Assembly (NCBI RefSeq): GCF_006345805.1
Contig: NC_043007.1
Span: 37,262,001-37,326,000 of the forward strand
DNA: 64,000 nucleotides
From: Octopus sinensis
Taxonomy: Eukaryota
Direction: 5' to 3'
In this document: in pieces, positions 12,488-23,758 of the stretch
How positions within the stretch are numbered: the first letter of the stretch is position 1
Layout: each line of letters opens with the position of its first letter
Translations under genes and position numbers: made by a program
Notes under the pieces: generated by a model
What the model saw: the letters and a program-made list of their open reading frames with translations, nothing else
Told to the model about the DNA's origin: nothing
Database searches by the model: none

Positions 12488-12873
12488 AACATAAACATAG
12501 CATGCGCATCACCAGATATATATAGAGTCGGTGGAGGCTGCTGAGTGCGAATGCACCGAGCACTTTGCATTGATTATGTCAAGTTTTGTGAGGATTTCCT
12601 ATTCCACCTCGAATCACATGGTCTGTGTGTGTGTGTGTGTGTATATGCATGTAAACAGTCACATCGGTGCATGCATTGACATACATCATACACAGTATGT
12701 GTGTGTGTGTATGTGCAGACATGCATATGTGTATGCACACATATACATCTGAATGTGGTAGTCGTTGTGTGCTTATTTTGTATGAATTATATAGCTATGT
12801 GCATTTGTAAATGTGTGGAGGGAAATGGTAACATATCTGCATATTTCGTGTTATATACACATATGTGTATGTA

Positions 12874-12904
<31 letters not shown>

Positions 12905-13277
12905 ATTTATATTTAGTTGTGAATGAGTGTAGTCACACATCACTAACTATATAATGATTTATTTATAAGTCTCTGTGCATTTTGTTTCATCGCATGTTTA
13001 TGTATGACTATACACACTAGTGAAAGTGTTAACTATATAGAAAGAACGGCTATATTGATATTGCGCGCGCCCTATACACATACACACATACATACAATGT
13101 CAGACACTTAAATGTTATACATTTCAAAGTTGTGCGTGTGTGTATACGCAGTCTACATTTTCAGCTGGTGTAGTTATACATGTATATATATAGACAAACA
13201 AAGTGTGTGTACACACATAAATGCATCCGTCTTTATACAAAAATTGTCTTATTTATTGAATTTACATTGTGCGTGTG

Positions 13278-13333
<56 letters not shown>

Positions 13334-13697
13334 ATATATAGGTGTCTATGCATGCATACACATTATTATATATGCATGTACACACATATATGGTACGTGT
13401 GTTCTTAGTAGTCCTTTAGTTTTTGTCAGCAAAAACTAAACTGACTTGATAAGCTTGAACACATTACTATAATTAAGAAATGTTATTTTCTTCTTTACAA
13501 TGACCTTATGTATTTTCAAGTCCATAAGTCGACGGAAGAAATAATCGTGGTATGGCCATAATAATTAAGGAAATACCAAGTAACTTGTAGTTCAAGGTTT
13601 GAATAACATAGTCTGGGTTCACTGTGTGTGTGTGTGTTATGCACGTCTTTTGATAAGTTGTGGACTAGCTTACATATACTCACACACACATAAAGTG

Positions 13698-13738
<41 letters not shown>

Positions 13739-13925
13739 GTCTCTGGGCGAGGTATAAACAGTAAACATATATATATATATGTACGTTTGTATATATTACA
13801 TATGTACTATGTTTAAGTATATATATATATATATATCCAATATATAAAAATATAGACGTGTAGATATTTCACCATGGACATTTTTTATTGAAAAATAAGT
13901 CACTTCGCGTGTTTGTGTGTGTATG

Positions 13926-13973
<48 letters not shown>

Positions 13974-14445
13974 TACACACACACACACATAAATACATAG
14001 ATACACAGGCAAACATCCGTAAACAGTTTACAATGTTAGTTACTAAGCTACGCAAAGACTAAATAGTGAAATGTCTCTCTGGTGTAGGGTTACGTTCTTT
14101 TTCACACTTGCTCCCCCAATAATCCTGCATCCTTGCCACTGTTAATGTTATTCCTTGGCTGTCCTTGTGACAAATAGTTAAGAATGGATTTGTGTATTTA
14201 TTTCCCTCATCTTATGAACTCTCGCTAAGTATTATATACTGGTCCTTTGTCTCCCATATACACTTCTGTAAATCTTTAGCTTAGTTTAACGTGTGTGTGT
14301 GGTGCTGATACACATACACACATGCATATATGTAGTTGCGTGTGTTTTTTTTTTGAGTTTCTCGTATATTTATGGAGAATTAAAATTCTTTTACTTGATT
14401 ACTCATTTTACACCATCATTAAAACTCATTTCGTGTCATATATAT

Positions 14446-14501
<56 letters not shown>

Positions 14502-15546
14502 CATACACACACATTTGCATTTGTGTGTGACTACACTTTCATCAACTCGAGTTGGATGACTAAATCTGTTGTATGAAATTAGAGCAAGATAATTAGCTTT
14601 AATGAGCTACGAACACGTGTATATGTGTTATGTGTGTGCTTGTCTTTGTCTGAAGATGTTTTCTTTTTCATATATATATATATTTATATATATATATATA
14701 TTTGAGCGTGAATGCGTGTATGTAATTGATGTGTGAATGTTTGAACACTCACACACACACACACACATATATATGAAAGAGTAAAAGTTCCACCATTGTT
14801 GTATAGAGAACACATTTCGCGCACACGATGTGTAAATGATACACCATGATGTAGAAAAGGATTTAATGTGTGTGTGTGTTCGGATGTATGTGCGTAAAGG
14901 AGAATGATGCTGTTAGTATGTCTCTCAGTACATATCCTTAAGACATAGTTAATGGAGCCAGTTCCATGTGTAAATCTCTTTGGATTGAGAGCCCCATGTA
15001 TAAAACCAACAGGTTTTATTACAGTAGCAATTATCATAAGAGAAGTTTCAGAAGTCTCTCTCTCTCTCTCCTCTGCCCGTCTGGAATTAAAATAAATTTT
15101 ACTCTATTTTCAATCTGTTTTCCAAACTGCAACCATTGCCTTATTTTTTCTTCTTCTTTGTTCTTTGTAGTTCTGTATATGTAGGAATATCATTTTGCGC
15201 CAGCTTTCTAAGCTTGCCAGGATTGGACTGGATATCACAGTGATTCAAGCTAGTTCCTATTGAGACCCACTGTTCTCATAGACTGGTGCACATACATGTC
15301 ATTTTGGCTTGGTCTGTCTCTACAACTGGATGACCTTGTGGCACCAACACAAGAAGAGCTGTTTTGGACACTGCAAGTGTATATAATATGTATACATACA
15401 TATATGTATGTATATACAGGTTATAGGCCACCAGCCATTAAGGTCTGATGAGACAGGCATAAAGCTAAGAGCTTTATGGACAGGTAAACCCTATAAACCT
15501 ATCATAACTAAGATTCTGTCTGTCCCTCTCTTTGTAATGAATATAT

Positions 15547-15900
15547 AGGTGCAGGTTGTGTTGAAGTTTGTTTCCCAATCACATGGTTCTAGGTTCAGTC
15601 CCATTGCGTGGCACATTGGGCAAGTGTCTTCTACTATAGCCTCGGGCTTGCCAAAGCATTGTGAGTAGATTTGATAGATGGAAACTGAAAGAAGCCCATC
15701 ATATATGTGTTTGTCTTTCTCCCCCACCACTGCTTGGCAACAAATGTTGATTTGTTCATGCCTCCATAACTTAGCAATTTGGCAAAAGAAACTGATAGAT
15801 TAAGTACCAGACTAAAAAAATGAATACTGGAGTCAATTTGTTTGACTAAATATTTCAAATCAGTACCCAAGCATCACTACAATCTAATGACTGAATCAAG

Positions 15901-15936
<36 letters not shown>

Positions 15937-16290
15937 GGTGCAGGAGTGGCTGTGTGGTAAGTAGCTTGCTTACCAACCACATGGTTCCGGGTTCATTCCC
16001 ACTGCGTGGCACCTTGGGCAAGTGTCTTCTATAGCCTCAGGCTGACCAAAGTCTTGCGAGTGGATTTGGTAGATGGAAACTGAAAGAAGCCCATCGTATA
16101 TATATGTGTGTGTGTGTGTCTGTGTTTGTCCCCCTGCTGGTGTGTTTACGTCTCCGTAACTTTGGCAAAAGAGACCGATAGAATAAGTACAAGGCATCCA
16201 AAGAATAAGTCCTAGGATTGATTTGCTTGACTAAAGGCGGTGATCCAGCATAGCTGCAATCAAATGACTGAAACAAGTAAAATAAGTAAA
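15547..16290 (+). mobile_element. Two tandem copies of tRNA-derived SINE family A
   Basis: Head GGTGCAGGAGTGGCTGTGTGGTAAG…GGTTCA.TCCC (A/B box-like), internal (TG)n, tail …ATGACTGAAACAAGTAAAA. Copies at about 15547-15905 and 15937-16290. Confidence 0.85.
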
Positions 16291-17215
16291 AGTAATATAT
16301 ATTTCATTTGTATTATGATTAGCAGTCCTTTGGAGTTGACGATGATTGTCCACCGGATTTAGCTTCTGTTAATCCACTTGTAATTATGTAGTCCAGTTAC
16401 AAATCAGAGCATTTATCACACAGGAAAAGAAATTCAACGTTAGTTACTTTAAGTTGTTTTTATGCTTATGTGTATTGTTGAGGTGTTTTGATTGTGCTGT
16501 CATTTTTGGCTCCATCATTGATGACCTGTTTCCACTTGCTGACAACTTGTACACATAAATATTAATGCCTTACTATTTCAGTAGATCTTTGAACTACTTC
16601 CTTTGTACGCTCTTTATTTCATTCAATTAGGTGTGAAACAATTGTTCAGATAGTTGAAGCACGGTTTTTGTATAACATGGTGAGCTGATGTCACGTAATC
16701 ATGGTTTTATTTCACTAGATATTGGTCTGCTCGACATCAGGGTCATCCTTACAACTGTTTAGTCCAATGGTTCTTCTAAGGGTGTGCCCCACGAAATTCT
16801 AGGATCTAGGTAGATGTTTGTGATGATAAAAAATGAATTTATAGCGCATTATATCCTCACTTCAGCATTGAATTGGTCTTTACAGCAGATCATTATTGTT
16901 ATGTTAAGAGTGGAAAGATATCCAGCTGGTTGCCCAGAAGAAGGTTTTATACACATTGTAAACTCATTCGAACAAGTTCTGTATTGATGAGCAAGCACGG
17001 CTGCTCAAGGTAGTGTAGCAGTGATAGGTTCTGCCGTGGAAGTGTTGTGGTGAATAGTGCAACGTTTTTTCGTGACACATATTCCTATCACTGATATGTC
17101 TGTCTACCCTTCTAAAACTTTAATACTTTATGGAATTTTAGCCTATTATAGTGTTACATTTGTTAGAAGTGACATAAAAGTTTCAGATAAATATACAATA
17201 ATACACTCATACAAA

Positions 17216-18435
17216 CGGATAGATTTCTAAAACAGAAACATGAATGGGATTCCGGAAAAGAACACAGCAGAAGCAATTCCAGTAAAAGAGCGAAGCGCAG
17301 TCTACTCGCAAATACGATAAAAGTTATTTAGGATTTGGTTTTCATTGGACTGGAAACATTGATGATCATTTGCTGCTATGTTTAATATGTGGATGTAAAA
17401 TGTCAAATGAATCATTGGTTCCTAGTAAACTGAGCAAGCATTTTAAAACCAAGCACTCACATTTACAAGGTAAATGAGTTATTTCAAAAAACTGATAGAA
17501 CAGCAGACAATAGCAGGAAACTTTTGAAAGTATAATGACGATTTCTGAAAAAGCTCAAATTGCTTCTAATGAGGTTTTAGAATTGATAACACAAAATATG
17601 AAAGCTCATACTTTAGGTGAGTCACTCATTCTGCCTGCATGTAAGAAGACTGTGAAGATAATGTTAGGAAATGAAGCAGCAAAGGAAATAAATAAGATGC
17701 CTCTGTCCAATGATACTGTCCACAGACATATTCTAGAAATGTCATCTAATATTGAGAAAAATGTTTGTTGTAATAAACTTCAATATTCAGATTTTGCATT
17801 GCAAATTGATGAGTCAACAGACAATGACAATAAAGCACAGCTCTTAGCATATATTCGTTTTATTGATGAGGATCAAATTATTAATCAATTTCTTTTTTTG
17901 CAAAGAATTAAGTGTGACTACAAAGGGCGAAGATGTTTTCAACATTTTGAATAATTACCTGTGCAAATGGCAAATATCATTGAAGTCATGTGTCGGCATT
18001 TGTACAGATAGAGCTCCATCAATGGCAGGTTGCGTTAAGAGCCTTACATTCTTTGTAAAAAAGCAAAATGAAAATGTCATAACTCACTGCTTTCTTCATA
18101 GAGAAGCATTGATGGCAAAAACATTAAGAGACAAATTAAGAGAAGTTTTGTATCAAGCTGTTGAACTTATAAAGTATATAAAAACCAGACCAGTAAAGTC
18201 ACGTTTATTCAAGCAGTATAGATTCGCAAAACAGACGCCTGCTTTTGCACACAGAGGTGAGGTGGCTTTCAAAGGGGTAAATACTTAATCGTGTATATGG
18301 GCTATGACAAGAGTTACTGAAGTCTTTTGAAGAATAGGAACAAAACCACTTTTGTGAGCTTCTTTGATGTAAATTTTGGATTAGCAGATTCGTGTATTTG
18401 GCTGATATATTTCAGCACCTCAATATTTTCAATAT
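17216..18435 (+). pseudogene. Decayed hAT (Charlie/Buster, ZBED5/SCAND3-like) transposase
   Basis: BED-finger-like RKYDKSYLGFGF…CLICG…SKLSKHFKTKH, then PLSNDTVHRHI, FALQIDESTD, ICTDRAPSM, HCFLHREAL and HTEVRWLS. Several frameshifts and stops; start codon is ACG. Confidence 0.9.
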
Positions 18436-18439
18436 TGAA

Positions 18440-18940
18440 GACCTGTTGAGGTAAGTGAAATCGGAATCAAACTCGATGACTGGCATCCGTGCTAGTGGAG
18501 CACTAAGAGTACCATACGAGTGAGATCGTTGCCAGAGCTGCAGGCTGGCCTCTGTGCCGATGGCACGTTAAAAACACCATTTGAGTGTGAACATTACCTG
18601 CGTCACCTTACTAGCACTTGTGCTGGTGGCATGTGAAAAAAAGCATTCGAGCAAGGTTGTTGCCAGTGCCGCTGGACTGGCTTCTGTGCAGGTAGCACAT
18701 AAAAAGCACCATTTGAGCGTGGCCATTGCCAGTACCACCTAACTGGCCCTCGTGCTTGTGGCACGTAAAAGCACCCACTACACTCTTGGTGTGGTTGGTG
18801 TTAGGAAGGCTATCCAGCTGTAGAAACACTTCCAGATCAGATTAGAGTCTGGTGCAGTCATCTGGTTTGCCAGAACTCAGTCAAATCATCCAACCCATGC
18901 TAGCATGAAAAGCGGACGTTAAACGCTGATGACGATGATA
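18440..18940 (+). mobile_element. Retroposon with RTE-like 3' tail and internal tandem subrepeats
   Basis: Repeated GGCACGT(A)AAAAGCACC units, GTTAGGAAGG.CATCCAGC core and …CCAACCCATGCTAGCATG…GTTAAAC(GAT)n tail. Related copies at about 1125-1380(-), 1430-1725, 24757-25030(-), 25085-25232, 28015-28325, 32020-32265, 40565-40760(-), 40945-41125, 43705-43980 and 45118-45347. Confidence 0.8.
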
Positions 18941-18958
18941 TATGTATGTATGTTTATA

Positions 18959-20143
18959 CAGAGACATGACAAGTATATATAGACACACCCTTGTTATCAT
19001 GAAAATTTCCTTAAATCTGAAATGATACATTCAAATTATTTATTGTTATAATGTGAATATTTAGTAGACATACCCTTTGCATTTTTCAATGCAAGGACCC
19101 CATTAGGGATGTTATTCATCAGATGAATATTCCCCTTGCAGAATTTCTTGCCAAGTTTCTTTCAGTAATTTCAAAAGATCTGGCTTTGAAGATGCTTTCT
19201 TGTTCTTTTTATGAAGTGTTCAATAGGGTTCACATCTGGTGGCTGGCTTGGCCATGGAAGCTTTTTGATGCCATTCTTATCCAACAAATCTTGGGTCATA
19301 TTAGCCATATAACAAAGAGTCCCGTCTTCCATAAATAAATAGTTGTCTTTAACCATTTCACTTCTGGAAAGGATTAGAAGGAATCCTTTCTGTAATATGG
19401 ACACGTATTTGAGTTTGTTTCACTCACACTCCACCAGCTCTGATCAACCAATGCTCCAAATTTCTCCTCAGACCATCACAGAATAACTGCCATGTTTCAT
19501 TGTTGGCTGCATTCTTTTCACATGAAATTCTTGATCACAGAGTCTCCAGACCCACACTCAACCACTGTCAGGAAATACAGCAAATCTGGACTCATCAGAG
19601 GATATGCTAGTTGTCTCTCCACGATCTCACTGACCCAATCTTTTCTCCACTTGATGTTTGGCTTTCTTCTTTCTGTTCTGCTATAGTAACCAAGTTTGTG
19701 GAGGTATCTGACAGCTGTTCTGGGGCTGACATCAACCTATTTTGCTAAGTCAGGCCTTGCATCGAGGAGTATCCTTTACACTTCTCTTAGCAAAGAGAAG
19801 GGTTCTGTTAGAGGGCCCTGGTTGATCTGGGTGAGTGAGGTGATGTGGACTCCTTCCCTTGTCTGGTGAATTGCACAATCACTCTATTAACTGTAGAAAG
19901 CGGGATCCCAAGGTTTTCTGTGATTTTATGCTGACAGTGTCAACCTTCAGAATGACCCACAGTACAGCCTCTTTGAAATGCAGGCAGTTCCAAAGCTTCT
20001 TTTGTACATGGCATGATTAAACAGTCACATAGAACCTGAAACATAAAAATATCAATTAACAAAAATTATTAACCTTTAGAGATGTTAGAGTAAACATAAA
20101 ATGGTGTTTTATGGGGTGTCTATGTACTTCTGTCATGTCTCTG
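18959..20143 (-). mobile_element. Decayed Tc1/mariner DNA transposon with both TIRs
   Basis: TIRs CAGAGACATGACA…ATAGACAC at both ends, TA on the left flank. Minus-strand remnants MPCTKEALEL…[12 protein letters not shown] (HTH) and FMEDG…WPSQPPDVNPIEH (Tc1 catalytic motif), with stops and frameshifts. Confidence 0.9.
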
Positions 20144-20594
20144 CATATGTGTGTGTGTATATATATATATATTTACTATAGCATTGTATATTGACTGCTA
20201 TTTCCGGTAAATATTGGTGCATTGTTGTACCACTATTCTATATTTATATATACTTTTATTCTTTTCAGTCATTTGACTGCGGTCATGCAGGAGTACCACC
20301 TTTACATAGAAAGAGATATATGTATAGGTAGATATATGTATAATATAGGCAATAAACCTTATAGTGAGAGTCACACTTCTTGTGGGAATTATTGACACAC
20401 TCCACTGCAGTTCAATTAGACAGCTTTAATATTTCTCACACATCAAAGCACAAAAGAAATGACAGTACACACCATTCAGAAAGCATAAAATCTTTTATAT
20501 ACATTTATGTAGTTTGTCTGAACTGTTTAAAACTTTTACTGTTGCTGAAAGCATTGTAAATTTGCGGTTGCTTTGCCAGTGAAAGACATGAAGT

Positions 20595-21004
20595 AGATCT
20601 TTTCAGTTTGAACGGCAGTTTTTTCTAACGGTGTCATATGAAATTGTCATCCATAATTATGACCCTAGTAGCGATCTATTGCATTTCAATCTGTTTTAGG
20701 GTTAGAGGTGGGGCGAAGGGTATCTTTTTTTCTTCACAAATGTAAATAAACCCAATCTGTTTCATAAACGAGGGACATATTCATATGGCACAGAATGTGT
20801 TTTACCTCAACAGACATCAGTGATTATCTGAAATTGCAGAAATTAAAGAAAAAAACCAACAAATATCTTACAAAATATAGAATTTTCTCAATAAAGCCAA
20901 GAAAAAGGATGTTTTATGAACACATTCTACCAGTATACGAAGTTTTAAATTTTTTAGCTACCTAGAAATTATGTTAAAAACTGCCGTTCAAACCGAAAAG
21001 ATCC
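20595..21004. mobile_element. MITE with ~29-bp TIRs and 8-bp TSD (Merlin-like)
   Basis: TIR (A/G)GATCTTTTC(A/G)GTTTGAACGGCAGTTTTT at both ends. Exact TSD CATGAAGT at 20587-20594 and 21005-21012. Confidence 0.9.
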
Positions 21005-21577
21005 CATGAAGTTCCTGTTCCTCTCTTCTTTTTCACTACCTAATGATTTCAAATGTAAGAGTTAGACCAGAATTTATGATGATGATCTCTGGTGTTCAAC
21101 TTCAAATTATTAATTCCTCTAAACAGTCATAATCCAGAATGTAAAAGTATGTAAGAAAATTTGATCTGAAACATTCTTACAATTCTAATTCATTACCCGG
21201 TCATAATATCTAATATTGTTCCCAAGCAAATTTTTTTCTTCCCTTCATTTTATTGTGATTTATACTATTTCCACATGTTTTTGTATCCTTTTACATTTTA
21301 TTACACACATATGTATATATTTATTGAAGGTGGAAAGCCTTAAGAGTTTCATCAAACAGCTGTGAGAACTTAGAGCAAAATTATGGCTTGTACGTGATAA
21401 TAAAGTTTAGTCATTATTATTTAGTTATTCATCAAATAAATAAATATGTAAAGCTGGTTGGGCTGGTCATTTCTACTATTCAACATAATGGGAATTTGTG
21501 GGATGAAGACCGATTGGGTGTTGTGGAAAAAAATCAGTTTTAAATGTTTAACTAAATAATACTTACTATAATAATTA

Positions 21578-21782
21578 GGGCGGTGAGCTGGCAGGAACGT
21601 TAGCACGCCGGGCGAAATGCGTAGCCGTATTTCGTCTGTCGTTACGTTCTGGGTTCAAATTCCGCCGAGGTCGACTTTGCCTTCCATCCTTTCGGGGTCG
21701 ATAAATTAAGTACTGGGGTCGGTGTAATCGACTTAATCTGTTTGTCTGTCCTTGTTTAGCCCCTTGTGGGTAGTAAAGAAAT
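21578..21782 (+). mobile_element. SINE family C, well preserved
   Basis: CpG-rich head GGCGGTGAGCTGGCAGG…GGGTTCAAATTCC; possible TSD TAATAATTA. Other copies at about 28870-29035(-) and 50870-50940. Confidence 0.8.
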
Positions 21783-21988
21783 TTAATAATTACTATATCC
21801 ATAATCTCTTGTGAAAACATATCTGGGTAAGGGGAAATATTACCTTACTTGGAAACAGGTGAAGGTTAGCAACAAACAGGGCATCTAGCTGTTGAAAATT
21901 GGCTTCAGTGGACTATATCTGACCCATGCAGGAATGGAAAAGCAGACATTAAAATGGTGATATATACATACATACATATATATATATA

Positions 21989-22282
21989 GGCGCAGGAGTG
22001 GCTGTGTAGTAAGTAGCTTGCTTACCAACCACATGGTTCCGGGTTCAGTCCCACTGCATGGCACCTTAGGCAAGTGTCTTCTACTATAACCTCAGGTTGA
22101 CCAAAGCCTTGTGAGTGGATTTGGTAGATGGAAACTGAAAGAAGCCCGTCGTATATATGTTTGTGTGTCTGTGTTTGTCCCCGTAACTTAGCGGTTCGGC
22201 AAAGAGAATGATAGAATAAGTACTAGGCTTACAAAGAATAAGCCATGGGGTCGATTTGCTCGACTAAAGGCGGTGCTCCAGG
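21989..22282 (+). mobile_element. SINE family A
   Basis: Same head and body as 15937-16290. Confidence 0.85.
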
Positions 22283-22883
22283 AGGATGAAATGCAAAATT
22301 GACCTTGGCTGTATTGAACTTAGTGTGATGACCCTGAATAACTACTCTATTGTCACTACCAATTTAATACCATTTTATAGGTATGTATATAATATACAGA
22401 CACACACACATACATACATATATATATGTTAGTGCAAACAGGAAAATAGAACTGAAAATATGAGTATAGGTATATTTTTATCTATTTCGCAGGAGTAACA
22501 GTGACTCAAGGTCCAAGAGTTTTGTGTGTTGGCATTTGTAGCTTTCTAAAATGCAGACCTTCAAACTGTAACTAGTTTGATAAGTGTCACCACATGAAAT
22601 TCTTGGACCTTGAGTCACTCAGTTCTGTTAAATACTAATAAGTCAGCATACATGCATACACACACACACACACATATACATACAATGACAACAAAATCTC
22701 CGAGATCTTAATATTATGTAGATATAGGAATTTATATATAATATAGGACAATCATTAGTCATAATAATACTCAGTTTCAAATAACTGGTGAAAAATGCCT
22801 AGAAGCTCTCAGCTCTGGTATTTGAAACTCTGAGAGTATTATGACAACTTACTGATTGTTCTATATTATATACATACATACAT

Positions 22884-22914
<31 letters not shown>

Positions 22915-23724
22915 CATGCACACAAGTAATTATGTAATGATATGTCTATCATCATCATTTAATGTCCATTTTTCCTATGTATCAAACGTAATTTGAGGCA
23001 ACTTTTCTATAGTGAAATGCCTTTCTTGTCACCTGTTTCCAACCAAGCAAGGTAATGTTTCCCATGGTCAGACATGCTTTCCATAGTGCATTGGAAACAA
23101 ACAACATTGTATGATGATGATACTCATTTACAGCCATCACATAATGTCAAGACAAGGGCACACAAATGTGTGTGTGTGTAGGCTGTGCTGTAGGACTAAC
23201 CCCCAGAGTATATATATATATAGTGTGTGTGTATTGATTGGATATATATATATATATATATTCTCTCAGAATCTGTTTATATTAGTTTTCTTTGACACAG
23301 TATTAGGTTATATAGCCCACCTCTCCCTCACCTTGTTTGATACATTCCTCATTCCAAGCCATGTAACTAGCTTCTTAGCTTTCTTCATATTTTTCCTTTG
23401 TGAAGGAAACCCTATCTCAAGGTTCTGTCTGCTCCCTTTCCTCCCCTACATCAGATGGGATATTTAAGACTCTGTATGGTGCTAGTGATTGTTGTGGAAG
23501 TAGTGATAGTAGCAGTAGTAGTAGTAGTAGTAGTACCAGCATGGTTTAAGAAAGATTCATGAATGAGGATGTGTGTGAGAGACTTTCTTTCATGTAGATG
23601 TGTTCCTTTTTCTTTTTGGTGGCTATGCACATGCATAGTCTTTGAGTGAGAAAGCAGAATCTAAGGATAGTAACTTTTGCTGTCAAAGATGTCAAAATTA
23701 CAACTATACAAACACATCGTTCCC

Positions 23725-23758
<34 letters not shown>

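Noticed and set aside
8461-14813. Many YIYI/CVCV/HTHT-rich ORFs
   Set aside because: Translations of (TA)n/(TG)n microsatellites.
17535-18288. Domesticated ZBED/SCAND3-type gene
   Set aside because: Multiple frameshifts, in-frame stops and a lost ATG indicate a dead transposon.
20580-20600. miR-71-like TGAAAGACATG (also miR-279-like TGACTAGAT at ~11400 and miR-1-like sequence at ~21137)
   Set aside because: Only partial or seed-level matches with no precursor hairpin; the first is at a MITE insertion site.
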